Notes: a model not told the origin generated them from the sequence alone. Shown: positions 1 to 12,880, counted from the first letter of the whole stretch. The stretch is DNA of 63,179 nt, filler included, from Collodictyon triciliatum (GCA_043381765.1; 19 parts of 19 records of this genome joined end to end with filler, not necessarily neighbours in it), one strand, 5' to 3'. Made by a program: numbers and translations.

Positions 1-126
1 AAAAGCAAGGCAGTTAAAAACTGTAGCATAATAGAGTATTCATTTCAAAATGCAGTTAGCAAAAAAAAAAAAAAAAAAAAAAAGTATTATTCATTAACGC
101 GTACAAGAGTATCAACTTTCCATTAC

Positions 127-1222
127 CTGAAATGAGTATTTGAGACTAACAATGAAACTGTGTCGGATTTTCTTCAGGACAGCTTGTTCGGACATGACGT
201 GGTCAACTTCTTCTCTTTCGATGAGATATGCCTTCTTTAGAATCTTCATGGCATATATTCTCTTCGTATCCTTCTTTTGCACTTGGATTACCTAGTTTTT
301 TCACCAGCAAAAGTGGGAAAATTAAAGCTATCTCAAACCCAAGATTTTCGTATAAGAACATCTATGTGATTAAAAATAAATCCAGTTCATAATAAAAGAA
401 TCGTTACCTTTCCAAACCCACCTATCCCAATCACACATAATAGATCAAAACTTTGAATGCCAACATGTGTCTATTTTTTATTTTAGTAATAAAATTGGGT
501 AAGTGCGTTGTAACATTAACAATTTGCTGTGCAATTTTTCTATTCTTCCTTTCAATTTGAATCCATCGTGCAATTACAAGCATAGCGAATATATTCATAT
601 GTATCAATATGCCAAAGACTTTATTCAGAAGCACATGGATATACAGATGAGCAAGCCGAATTCACAAACCTGGCTCTGCTCTATGGAGACCTGCACTAGA
701 ACTTCTCCAGACTCTGTGTCGCGAGGAGATTTCAGACTGACCCACTTTTCCACCGGCTCTGAATCGAATGGCACCTGATTTATGGGAAGCAGTCCTTGAC
801 CAATCGGGAGGATTTCATCGTGGTTAAATAACGTGAAAAGAATAGGAACATCGCCATGGGATATATCGCTATATATTTTTAAAAAAATAAAAAAAAAATA
901 AAAAGGTGTATTCAATGGCAGATTTATGAAGAGAAAAAATGAGAAGATATCAAACTTTGTTTGAATGCACGATGTATTTCGTTCATGATAAAACTTATTT
1001 ATTCGTGATTAAATTATTACGATTTATGATAAAATCGTATGTTTTTGTAAATTGCTTGAATTTTCATGTTCATAAAATATAATAATAGTACAAGTTTGCA
1101 TCAAAGTTCCATTCTGGATCGTCAAGCAATGTTTTGAGCCGAATCTCCTTACTTTTTGCCTCTTGCATTTCAACAGATATCATGATACTGAGGACAGGCA
1201 GAACTGGCGATCCATTGAGAAG
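127..1222 (-). CDS. AGC-family Ser/Thr kinase (SGK/Akt/YPK-like) preceded by a probable C2 domain; multi-exon, 3' end outside the window, start not defined
   Basis: Spliced exons: ...ILFTLFNHDEILPIGQGLLPINQVPFDSEPVEKWVSLKSPRDTESGEVLVQVSIEQSQ | THVGIQSFDLLCVIGIGGFGK | VIQVQKKDTKRIYAMKILKKAYLIEREEVDHVMSEQAVLKKIRHSFIVSLKYSFQ (subdomains I-IV), with GT-AG boundaries. Confidence 0.88.
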
Positions 1223-2351
1223 TCAAAAAGAGCAAGATATAATCAACTATTTATTCACGAAAAGAAAGAAAGGACATAATCACATATTGAAATAGCATAT
1301 GCATTATGTGTGAATTATCACCAGAAAAAATACAAAACCTGGGGATATGTGAATCCTCAAGTTCCTTGTGCGAACCACTAGATGCAGAGCCAATATGTTT
1401 AATTGTATTATTATTATTTTATTATTAGAAAAAAGTGTATATACAGTAGAATAGTAGGAAGGACAAGTATGCTTTTATTTATATTTATTTGCTCATACTG
1501 CACTATAATGAATGTGAGATTATGTAGAACTATAACATGTGGAGACTTTTGAAGGACTTTCACAAACCGCAAACTCTCAGAACCAAGTGACGATCTGCTC
1601 GGTATGTGCTGTTTGACAGCACGCTGGAAGAGAGTGACTGTGCAAGAAGGTTTGCTTGGCTCATGTCTGCAAGTCACTATTTGTCGCAGTGTTTCTTTGG
1701 GGATGGAAAAAAAAGAACTTATTTTTGTGAAAAGTAGCACCTGTCAAAGAGCACAAATAAAAAAAAAAGCAAATAATAGTGATAATGGTATTAATTCATC
1801 ATTTGTTCGGCATAGAGGGAGAATAAAAGTAGGGCAGAGAGAGAGAGAGTTGATAGCTTGGGGCTCATTCCCTGCGAGTGAGTGGTCATAACTTCGACGT
1901 TGGCTCACAGAGTATACCCACGCGCGTTTGGAAATGAGAATGTATGTGCGTATATAATATGGGAATCGTCCTGGAACAAAGGAGAATATGACAAATGACT
2001 CTTTCCAGAACCACACTTTGTGGGATTGGCCAGGAAAAAAAACATCATTTGCTTGAAACGAGCGAAAAGGAGACGAATGAGTGACTCAAGTGTCAAAGAC
2101 GTCGATGTCGGTATTGGAAGGATATGCTTCGCTAAATGTCAAAGGAAACTCACAGACTAAGACGGTTCAGAGTCCGCTGCGTGATAGAAAAGGAAAAGAG
2201 CGAAAAGCATATACAGAAAGTGGACCGATTTGAAGATACTCATCGATGACAGCAGGGCGAGCAATCATACAAAAAAAAAAAAAAAAAAAGGGGGGGAAAA
2301 AAGGGTTTTTTTTTAGGTGGTTTGGGGGGGGGGGGTGTTTGGGTTTTTTTT

Positions 2352-2451
2352 NNNNNNNNNNNNNNNNNNNNNNNNNNNNNNNNNNNNNNNNNNNNTTAAT
2401 TAATTAANNNNNNNNNNNNNNNNNNNNNNNNNNNNNNNNNNNNNNNNNNNN
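2352..2451. other. Artificial contig-concatenation spacer (N44-TTAATTAATTAA-N44); representative of 18 copies
   Basis: The six-frame-stop 12-mer starts at 2396, 5784, 9167, 12550, 15933, 19314, 22694, 26074, 29454, 32833, 36212, 39590, 42970, 46347, 49722, 53097, 56474 and 59849. Spacing falls almost steadily from 3388 to 3375 nt, and the genes on either side are unrelated and truncated. Confidence 0.98.
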
Positions 2452-2454
2452 TAG

Positions 2455-3013
2455 AAATCTTCACGGTGAGCTGAACCCCTTCCGCAATATCCAAAACAAT
2501 CACATCTTCACTGGTATTTGGTTCGGCACATTTGTCGTTCAGGTTCACACACATTCTTAATTCGCACCCACATAAATTAAATACAAAGCAGAGGTATCAT
2601 CCGTTTTAATAAGCTACATAAGTCCCTTCCTTTCCTTCCCTCCCTTCCCTCCACCAATCAATCAAGATATCTCACTACTTTGAGATACATTCTCTTTCTA
2701 GATTTTGATTGTCTTCGTTGGTGACACCGTCTTTGGTTGCAAACCACTTAACGCTGAGGAGTGGGGCATCTGTATTGCCTTCGGAGCTGGAAACTTCTTC
2801 TGGGGAATCTTGCTGCAAACTGTCCCGGATGAATGGATAGCCAGCGCCTTTCCCAGCCTTCACACCGAGGCACAATCTTCTATGGGACCCAATCAGAATG
2901 CGTCCATCCGTCTTCGCGATGGAGAAAAAATTGTCCGACGACAAAGCGCGAACCACGGTACGATTAAGCGCAAAGGCTCCGTCTTGCGTCGCGGAAACTC
3001 CCGCTTGTCGTAA
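2455..3013 (+). CDS. Plasma-membrane-type Ca2+-ATPase (P2B/PMCA), last two exons
   Basis: NLHGELNPFRNIQNNHIFTGIWFGTFVVQ | ILIVFVGDTVFGCKPLNAEEWGICIAFGAGNFFWGILLQTVP... matches the PMCA TM9-TM10 region; TAA at 3011-3013. Confidence 0.9.
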
Positions 3014-4128
3014 GTACTTTAATTTTATTCGCTTTTGCTCCACCCATCTATGCATCAATGATTGTCTCGGTTTCCGGAGCACATATTCACCAGCTCATAA
3101 TTATTCAAATTGTAGAGCACTAGATTCAATTCGTCATTCTGGACTAATCATAAAAATTCACCTTGTACTTAGGGTTACTAATGAATTGTGGTCCCATTCT
3201 GGTGCTGGTGTCCACTAATGTCTGTCTAGTATGGCCACTCTTTCGAATCATAATCTAATCCTCCTCGAAGATTTTATCTTCGCATATGAAGATAATTTGG
3301 ATAGGACGATGGTTATTAACTGGTCGTTCATTACGTCATATCCTCGCTACCTTTGCTTTTTCCCCATCCCCTATTCTCCCGGCTGCTTTTTCTTAAAATG
3401 AATAAGCAAGCAAACAGATTACGCGAATGAAAGACTTTGGCGAAAAAAAGAAGCTGGTTATCTTTTTTATGAGGTCATTTGGGCTATTATGCCGCAAAAG
3501 TGAACACGGAAGCGTAGACAACTGAGAATAATATGTGTGAGGAGTCGTTTCTCTTCCTTGTGCGCTAATAGTTTTGTTTATTGATATGTTGGTTATCTGA
3601 CAGCGAATTATTTTTGTCCGCCTGGCAAAGGGACGAAAAGCAACCCGCATAAATTAGCTGTCAAATCTTTTGTTGCTCTAAAAGGTAGAACGGCAACGCA
3701 GATTCCTTCTGCTCCCCGCAAGGTAAACATATAAGCGCGCCCACGTAACTCGAAAGATTCCGCTAGCACAGCATATTCACCCACACAGAGCCTTGCACAT
3801 ACTTCGAGACAAGGTGCAGCTTCGTATCGCCAGGATGACGGAGTGACGAGAAGCAAAATAACCGAAATGGAAAAAAAAAGATAATAAAAAATGAAGTCCC
3901 TGGTCAATCTGAGAGTAATAGTAGAAAACTTCATTCTGAATCCGACCTTACGAAGACATGATTGACAAACATTCCAAAGGACTTTAAGATATGCCAGCTT
4001 ATACGATATCATGTTGAGTTCAACATGAGAGGCAGAAAGATAAGGAAAAGGAGATATATTGAGGAAAAATATGCAAAAGAGACAAAGGGCAAGAGGGCAA
4101 ACTAGCCATCATTTAACAGAAGAGCATA

Positions 4129-5355
4129 TCAGCAGGTGAACTCGAGGTGCTTTTCCTCTCGGGCAGGGTCTATTGACTGTGGGCATTGCATAAGCATGTC
4201 CTGATAGCGAAAGTATGAGCGGCAATAATGAGACTCGATGCATTCCTCTAGACTTATGACCAGCGAGGGGAGGTAGTGCCACATATCATAACAGCCACAC
4301 CGATGCTGTGTATGGTTATACGAGGCGAAGGCTGTAAACTTGTAGTACGCTGGCTTGTAGTAGTTGCATGGGTAAAACTCGTCGATGATGTGGTCTGGGT
4401 TTGCATAGAGCAGCAACGTGCCTGTGTAGCCATGCGGAAAGATGATGCGTCGGTGCTCCTTGATTAGGCGGACATAGTGGCAAATGTGCAGATAGTCAGA
4501 CAACGAGTCCTCCTCAATAATCATCAGGTTCTCATCAAGACACCGCCGTTGCAGAATGAGCCGTCTATTCGAAGTCCGATTGATGAGCAATACACGAGGG
4601 GCACTCTTTTCGCCAGCATGGATTGAGTAAGGCTTTGATACATTGCAGAATCTACTGGCGTGTGCTGAGAGTTGCAACCATTCCTCTCTCTTGAGCCAAT
4701 CTGTTCTCTGAAGACGCCTCAATGACGGAACCCAACGATGAATCCTCCAGAGACCCGGAGCCATAGGATGACACGCAAGACTCACCCCGTCTTGCTGCAG
4801 CACATAAGCAGTGGCTCCAACATCCACAAGGAGAGTTCGTTTCTGCTCCGAGGGGATTTGGATGACCACTTGGCTGTCCAGAGCGGCGACATCTGCCCGG
4901 TTCCGGACCACTTTTATGTTGGGCGGGATGTCTTGAAGCGTGGTCACGTTTGTCTCCACCAGGTCGAGCTTCACAAACGCAACCTGCAGACAGCCCGTGT
5001 TGGATGCGAGCAGATGCAGATTGGAGAGCTGCAGCGGCGAGAACAGAACAGGCTCGATGGATACAATAAAGAGACATGGCGCGCGTCGGCGCATGCGTTG
5101 GGAAAGGTTTGGCTGCAAGGACATCACGTCCTCCATGTAGTGGAAAAAGTGTGTTGGCGTCTCAATGACACTGGGCTTTGTGTCGATATGGATGACGTGC
5201 GTATCGGCACCCGCAACATAGTCGCTGGACGAAGAGAATGCGCATTCTCCCGCAGGCTTTGGCAGGAGCATGTATGCGATCGAAGATAGTACAAAAACCA
5301 CAAGCACGACGAAACCTGCCCGCTTGACAAACGTGCGTCCGGAAAGCTCGGGCAT
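4129..5355 (-). CDS. Intronless type II membrane glycosyltransferase, GT61-like (408 aa)
   Basis: N-terminal TM anchor (AGFVVLVVFVLSSIAYMLL), THFFHYMED, PRVLLINRTSNRRL and IIFPHGYTGTLLLYANPDHIIDEFYP resemble GT61 motifs (NxxHxxxD; R...RR; GxHGAGL...VIE+xP). Confidence 0.72.
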   Translation of the reverse strand: MPELSGRTFVKRAGFVVLVVFVLSSIAYMLLPKPAGECAFSSSSDYVAGADTHVIHIDTKPSVIETPTHFFHYMEDVMSLQPNLSQRMRRRAPCLFIVSIEPVLFSPLQLSNLHLLASNTGCLQVAFVKLDLVETNVTTLQDIPPNIKVVRNRADVAALDSQVVIQIPSEQKRTLLVDVGATAYVLQQDGVSLACHPMAPGLWRIHRWVPSLRRLQRTDWLKREEWLQLSAHASRFCNVSKPYSIHAGEKSAPRVLLINRTSNRRLILQRRCLDENLMIIEEDSLSDYLHICHYVRLIKEHRRIIFPHGYTGTLLLYANPDHIIDEFYPCNYYKPAYYKFTAFASYNHTQHRCGCYDMWHYLPSLVISLEECIESHYCRSYFRYQDMLMQCPQSIDPAREEKHLEFTC

Positions 5356-5647
5356 GTGGCGTGGGTTCCGCTGCCTTGCGTTGTCGTGCGCTTGTCTGTC
5401 TGATAGTTTCTGTTATGCTGTTATGTATCCTTCCAGGTTCTTTGTTTTTTTTTCTTTTTTTGCTCTTTCTTTTCTTCTCGTTTTCTTTCTTTGTTTTTAA
5501 AGTTGGGGGCGGGTTTGTTGGCACGTTTGATTGTCAGTGGAATATTTTTTTTTTTTTTGGGAGCGAGCAACAACACAGGACAATCAGACATGTAAGAACT
5601 GTATGAAAACCATATAAAACCAATGTACACCAAAATAACCAAAACAC

Positions 5648-5739
5648 CAAAACACGAAAACACGAAAACACGAAAACACGAAAACACGAAAACACGAAAA
5701 CACGAAAACACGAAAACACGAAAACACGAAAACACGAAA
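5648..5739. repeat. (AAAACACG)n tandem repeat at contig end
   Basis: The 8-nt unit is directly visible up to the spacer. Confidence 0.95.
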
Positions 5740-5976
5740 NNNNNNNNNNNNNNNNNNNNNNNNNNNNNNNNNNNNNNNNNNNNTTAATTAATTAANNNNN
5801 NNNNNNNNNNNNNNNNNNNNNNNNNNNNNNNNNNNNNNNTTATTTTATTTTATTTTATTTTATTTTATTTTATTTTATTTTATTTTATTTTATTTTATTT
5901 TATTTTATTTTATTTTATTTTATTTTATTTTATTTTGCTGTACGTCATGTTCTGAATTCATTTTAAATGGAAAGGC

Positions 5977-8850
5977 ATACGGCGTCCTATCCAGAAACTT
6001 GAAGATGTCCTCCATGCTTCCCAGCCTCCAAAAGATATCATATTAGCCTCGTATCCTATCATTCCTCCCTGAGGGACACTGTTCGATATTAAACCCGCTT
6101 GAAACCATTCGTTCAAATCTGTTTTGTTGGAGTTAACGTCAGTCATCCAAAAAAAAACACAGCTTTGTATGGCAACATGATATAAATACATTAAAGCGAT
6201 GACAACCTTCATCAAAGCACCAAAAACATCTATCATGATCAAGATGATAGTTTTTGTAGGGCTCTGCAAAGCAAAACTTTTTGTCGATTTCGATGCCTCT
6301 TGGATAGTACGGAATCTGGGGAACGTTTGTGGAGTTCTCGTGTATATTGCCGGTAAAACGCTTCATATCGAATACGTACACAAATGGCTGGTCTCTGCTA
6401 CCATCAAAAAGCTGTCCTCCCCAAGCGTACAGCTTACTATCAATCACAACATTTGCAATGTTGTACCTTGTGCCGAGTTTTTCGAAAAATGGTGCTGTCA
6501 CATTTACACTCGACCACGACATGGTATCTTTTAGATTGCACAACAAATTTGTAAAGTTGTATTAAGAAATATTTGTTTAGAATTCTAGTATATGTGTAAT
6601 AAACCCTAATCCGATTTTCACAAAAAAATATTGAAATTTTCATTTATTTTAACATAAAGTATTTGAAATAGTTACCGAAAGAGAATGATTTGAAAACGGC
6701 AGAGTTACAGCCACGATAATACCCTCCAATCAGGTACATCGTATTATTCCAGTACCCTATCACCTATGCAATCTGGTGAGTTTTCCCCCTTTTTTCTTAG
6801 TTACTTAATGAATACCAAGATTTAAATGGATATAAATATTTTTACTCCGTCCTGCACAGGTGGGATACAATTTTGGCAGTCGGATGTGCAGTCAGACTCT
6901 TGAGAAATTCGCGTCCAATCATATGTGGCTACAATAACGTACAAAATCGAATAAATTTTATGAATGGGTATTCTACTGTATAAAATATTATGAAAGTGGT
7001 CAAACTGCACCAATGGATATATTACTTGTATCAAGTATCCATAAATCATTGAAGGGTATGACCGACTCGTAGCACACATTCCCACCAAACATAATTATTT
7101 CAGTATCTGATTTTATAGAGAAAAGCGAGCTATCTCTAGCAAGAGGATATCTTGACATACTGCTGTCAATCCAAATTCTTGATTCTAGAAAAAATTTTAA
7201 AAAAAAAGGGTGATATAATTATTCGTGAACCACGATTAGATTTAGTTAAAATAAAGTGATTTTGTTATTGAGACTAAAATGTAAATATATATGACATATC
7301 GAACTTCTAAGGCGATAAACAACTTTTTTCAAAAAAAAAATAATTTGAGACCATGTAGGGTGACTTGCCAGATAGTCAAATATACTTACCCAAATCAAAG
7401 ACCCAGAAGTCATTTTGGTAGCATGAGTTATATCCGCCAATTATTAGGAGTGTACTATCCTTTACTACTGATATGTGATTCATTCTGGTGGATGGTTTTA
7501 CAATCGGGTATTTTATTGTAAATTCGAGATTATTAGTCATCAGCTCTTCCGATTCAAATGTGTCTGTGTGATGAACAGAATATAATATGAGAGGGTTTTC
7601 TTTATTTTCATTAAAGCAAAAAAAAAAAAATATCAGCGTTTTTTTAAAAAAAAAAAAATAGACCTAAGTTGATGGATATGAATCCACTGTTCATGGGTGC
7701 AGGGTAAAATCTGAGACCGCCACCATGAATATACATCGACCTTTGATATATAAATGAACTCCCGTCTGGATATAAAGATCTATTTGACGTTTCTACTTGT
7801 GCATCCCACGTACTACTCGCTGAATAAAAATACATGGGTATTGACATAAGTTGTCGCACTAATTGTTAAATCAAAATAAAGAGATGATTTAAAAAAAAAA
7901 CCTGATAAACTTACTGATGTTAAATTTATGTAAGCTTGGAGATCCATAAAAATATCCAGCTACTCCATACATATGAGACGGAGACGAGTAAAAGAAAAGG
8001 GCATCATCTAAAATCCCGACATACGGGTCGTATGCAGGAGGAACTAAATGACTATCTTCTTCAGCTGTTTCTATTTGTACCCACGCACTGGTGACTAGAT
8101 AAAAAAAAAATGGGTATTGTTTGCTTATCAAAATTGTAATGTTAAAAAAGATTTTTAGGAAGCCATTTCTATTAACACTTTGTTATATGTTATTTTATCA
8201 GATGTTTTGCGGAAAACTAATGGCATTGTGAGACAAATACGAACGAGATATACCAACATTTTATTTGGACTACAAGCAAACCTGTATCGAACACCCATAG
8301 TTCATTTAACTCTTTAATATCGAATCCACCAAATAGAAAAATTCGGTCCTGGTATGGTGTGCAGCTCATTTTTGTTCTTGGTGTTGGCTTCTTCTTCGAT
8401 GAGTATCTTAAAATGCTCCAATTTAAAGTGATCAAGTCGATTGAATACATCGTATTAATCATCTGATAGGTATCCGACGAAAAACCTCCAAAGATATACA
8501 ACTAACACATCCATGAGACGTAATATTTTAAAATTCTTCCAAAGCAAAATTTTTAAGATTACGAAACAGTTATTTGATTGAAAAATAAATAACGTAACTC
8601 AAAGATAGCTTCAGAATGAGTTGAATACCTTGTTATGGAGAATAGTCGCACAGTAATTTGTTCTTCGCACAGGTATGTCACCGTTAGTTTCTTTCCAAGA
8701 CCACTCAAGTTTTTCTATCATTTCAGGGATAAATTACATCAACATGGCTTGAATCATTTCATATAAATTTTGAATGTGTCGTAGTATTCGTCCTAAGTAA
8801 TATCATATAATGTGATGCACCTTTATCGAGAACCCAAATCTTGTCGAAGA
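5977..8850 (-). CDS. Multi-exon Kelch-repeat beta-propeller protein, internal fragment (boundaries approximate)
   Basis: Repeated Kelch signatures: YIFGGFSSDTYQMINTMYSIDLITLNWS, PTPRTKMSCTPYQDRIFLFGGFDIKELNELWVFDT, MYIHGGG, KLYAWGGQLFDG, MISFGGWEAW. Confidence 0.85.
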
Positions 8851-9222
8851 AAGGAATATCTTGAACGTATTCATTGACTTCACTACAACAGGATAAAGTC
8901 AGAGGTTATGATTAACAAAAAAAAAAAAAAGTTTCAATTTGACCGATTTATTTCCAAATATTGAATTACATCCCTTCTCATATAGCGTCTTTAAATAGGT
9001 TTCACAATGAATATCTGTGTTTCTTTTTCTTTTTCTTTTTCTTTTTCTTTTTCTTTTTCTTTTTCTTTTTCTTTTTCTTTTTCTTTTTCTTTTTCTTTTT
9101 CTTTTTCTTTTTCTTTTTCTTTNNNNNNNNNNNNNNNNNNNNNNNNNNNNNNNNNNNNNNNNNNNNTTAATTAATTAANNNNNNNNNNNNNNNNNNNNNN
9201 NNNNNNNNNNNNNNNNNNNNNN

Positions 9223-9448
9223 AAAAAAACAAACAAAAAAAACAAACAAAAAAAAACAAACAAAACAAACAAACAAGCAAACAAACAAACAAACAAACAA
9301 ACAAACAAACAAACAAACAAACAAACAAACAAACAAACAAACAAACAAAAAAACAAACAAAAAAAACAAACAAAAAAACAAACAAAAAAACAAACAAACA
9401 AACAAACAAACAAACAAACAAACAAACAAACAAACAAACAAACAAACA
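9223..9448. repeat. (AAAC)n microsatellite upstream of MDH
   Basis: Directly visible. Confidence 0.95.
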
Positions 9449-9497
9449 AGAAGCAAACGTTTTATATGCTTTCTTACAGAGACAAAGACAGTCAGAA

Positions 9498-12345
9498 ATG
9501 GAGTCAGCAAGCGGCTATCGCGTCAAGGTTGTTACCGGACATGTTCTTCAGTCAGTCAGGGCCGAGGAGGTCTCTGGCAAGGTGTGTCGGCATTGTAGTT
9601 TTTATTTTATTTTGTTTTCGCGTCATAAAGGAAATATGCGGAAAAGGTTGGGCACCCTATAAGATGTGTGCTTTTCCTTTTCCTTTTTTCCTTTTTTCCC
9701 TTTTTCCTTTTTCCCTTTTTCCCTTTTTCATTTTCGCCCCACGGCCCGCTAAAAAGCATATGAACAACTTTCTCAAAGGAACAGGAGCTTCCTCCCTTCC
9801 GTGTGGCTATCACCGGGGCAGCTGGTCAAATCTCATATTCATTGTTGTTTGAGATTTGTTCTGGAAGAACATTTGGGCCTAATAGGTTTGCTTGTTATTG
9901 AAAAATGAATTTGTTTTTTTTTTTTTTTGCAAAGATTGTATTAATAATGGCAAGAATCTTTATGTCATCCTTACCAACCTTTTAAATTGAGGGACTGGTA
10001 TATTTATGTGACCTCAATTTGACTTTTATTTCATTTTTATATAATCTATATACATACACAAAATCAAAAACAAAAACAGACCTATCATGCTTCACTTATT
10101 GGAGGTTGAGCCAGCACTTGCTGCTCTTCACGGTGTCTGCATGGAATTGGATGATTGTGCCTTTCCCCTTCTGAGAGGTATGCTCCATATTTCACATGAT
10201 GAAACATGTCTTTTGGATTTTGCAGATATCTAGCACCTTTTTATTTTAATAGTTAAAAAAAAAAACAAGTCTTTTTCAATTTAATTTTACATTGTGCAAA
10301 ATCCCTTCCCTTGAATCAAGTGAAGGAGCTAATATTTTTAAATGTACATAAAAAATGAATCATGCATCATATTTAATATTTTACACTTACACATTTACAA
10401 TGTTATCGCAGGAGTCATCGCCACTTCTGACCCTCGCATCGCATTTAAGGACGTCGACGTTGCAGTTCTTGTTGGTGCGATGCCCCGCAAGCCTGTTTGT
10501 TCCTTAATAAAACTGAACTCTTCAAAATGATATAACATGAATATATTCCTTTACAAGATGTGCTATTGTGAGATAAGTTATGTGTCACTCTGTCCAATTT
10601 CTAACGACTGAATCTATTTTAAGGGTATGCAAAGAAAAGATTTACTGAGTGCGAATGCCAGTATATTCAAAGTACACGGAGAAGCATTGAGTGATGTTGC
10701 CAATAGAAACGTTAAGGTGATTCATAATCTTGTCCTTTCTCTCTCTCTCTCTATTGTCCCCCTCTTGTAGCTTGAATATTAAAAGAAAGAATATATTGAC
10801 ATGATATGCATAATCGTTTGCGATAATACAATTAATTGGTTAGGTTTTGGTTGTTGGCAACCCCGCAAATACAAACTGCTACATAACTTACAAGTATGCA
10901 CCGAAGTTAAGTCCAAGCAATTTCTCTGCCTTGACACGTCTGGACCAGAATAGAGCATATCTCCAAATCAGCAAGAAATTGAACGTAAATATTTCCTTGA
11001 TTCATTCGAGATACATGTTTAGCTGATTTAACATAGCACTTTTTTTTTTTTTGATTGTATGGGGTTTTCTATTAGGTTCCTGTTACACATCTGAAAAACA
11101 TTTTTATCTGGGGGAATCATTCTCTCACACAGTGGGTATTTCCACACCATGATTTCGATAGCTTTTTGCTTTGTAATGAATGGATGCAGTCTACTTAATT
11201 ACTTTTTAAGTCTGTATAAACAACCATAAACATATATATTCTTTTACGCTAAGGTATCCCGACATCAATTACGCAACAGTGGCCCATCCTTATTCTTCTG
11301 TACATACAGGTTATTCATAATCTCAATCTAGAATTATATCCCTTGATAAAAAAAAATATAGAACCAACCAGTTTACACGCATTACTAGTTATTGCTCTGA
11401 ATCGTGCACTATTTTCACATATGTTCTATTGCGTATAGGAGTTCGCTCCGCAGTGAATGACGATACGTGGGTCCAAAAGACATTCATTCCCGCTGTCCAA
11501 CAAAGAGGCGCCGCAGTGCTGGCTGCAAGGAAGTTTAGTAGCGCAGCCTCTGCCGCGATAGCCATTAGTGACCATCTGCATGATTGGATTATTGGAACCG
11601 AAGAGGTATATACTTTGCATGTCTTTATGTGTGTTTTCCTCAGTAAATGAATTAACAGACATGTATTTTGCACTGCTCATTTCACCTATGGACAAAACCA
11701 TGTGCATAAATAGGGAATACACTAAGCTGTTCTTTATACCGGGGTATTGGAATATTTGTTTGTTTACGAATGTAATCTGTTTAACATCGTAAAACAGGGA
11801 AAGTTTGTGTCGATGGCGATTCCTTCTGATGGCTCATATGGCATTCCAAAAGGCCTGGTTTTCTCCTTCCCTGTTCGTTGCAGGCAAGTCGATAACTTGT
11901 ACATCGTATCCATTCACATATTATTTTTTTATTTAAAAATCGGATGAATATATACACTCATTTGTCATATCCTTTCCTCAATACATTCAATAAATCTCTT
12001 CCTTTTTCTTCATCATCATCTTCTGTTGTACTTTAGGAACCTTTAACTCGTGTTTTCGTAATTATCTATTCTCCATAGGGACGGCGTCTATTCGATTGTC
12101 CAAGGGTTCAAATTCAACGCCTTCTCTCAACAGATGATAGAGGGTATGTTTCCCATGAACAACTGATGTTAAAAATCCGATAATTCTGTTTGAAGCCATG
12201 TTCATGCGCTTACAGCTGGAAAACATAATTCAGTGATATAAAGGGGGATGTAATATAAGTCACCCTTCACTCGTATTCTGTCTTTTTAGCGACTACCAAG
12301 GAGCTTGAAGAAGAGCGAGATACCTTGACTGCGCTGGGGATATAA
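9498..12345 (+). CDS. MDH1: NAD-dependent malate dehydrogenase, MDH1 (cytosolic-type) clade; complete, 12 exons, 363 aa, with an N-terminal extension
   Basis: Exons 9498-9581, 9779-9885, 10080-10177, 10412-10494, 10624-10716, 10844-10984, 11076-11131, 11254-11309, 11439-11605, 11798-11883, 12079-12143 and 12290-12345 splice to an open 1092-nt frame. It contains [73 protein letters not shown] and SSAASAA. Confidence 0.96.
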
Positions 12346-12605
12346 CTGTGCATCACAGAAAATATGTGTGATGGAAAAAAAAAGCCTTCCAAGAAAGCAT
12401 TCTTTCGATATCTTGTGTGTGCGACCAAGCCTGGCTTCAAGGCGCACAAATAAAAAAAAAAAAAAGAAAAAAAAAGAAGCACACAAAGAGCAAGTTTTAA
12501 GTGCGNNNNNNNNNNNNNNNNNNNNNNNNNNNNNNNNNNNNNNNNNNNNTTAATTAATTAANNNNNNNNNNNNNNNNNNNNNNNNNNNNNNNNNNNNNNN
12601 NNNNN

Positions 12606-12880
12606 AAAAAAACAGATAAAAAAACAGATAAAAAACAGATAAAAAAACAGATAAAAAACAGATAAAAAACAGATAAAAAAACAGATAAAAAACAGATAAA
12701 AAAACAGATAAAAAAACAGATAAAAAAACAGATAAAAAACAGATAAAAAACAGATAAAAAACAGATAAAAAACAGATAAAAAAACAGATAAAAAAACAGA
12801 TAAAAAACAGATAAAAACAGATAAAAAACAGATAAAAAACAGATAAAAAACAGATAAAAAAACAGATAAAAAACAGATAA
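12606..12880. repeat. (A6-7 CAGAT)n degenerate tandem repeat
   Basis: Directly visible ~10-11-nt unit with a variable A tract. Confidence 0.95.

Noticed and set aside
2116..2125. ATATCCTT (minus strand) and similar words as U12-type donor sites
   Set aside because: None coincides with a required exon boundary or has a TCCTTAAC branch point.
12343..12453. Stop-readthrough PTS1 on MDH as in mammalian MDH1x
   Set aside because: The stop is TAA-CTG rather than TGA-CTA, and the extension ends in AHK, which is not a PTS1.
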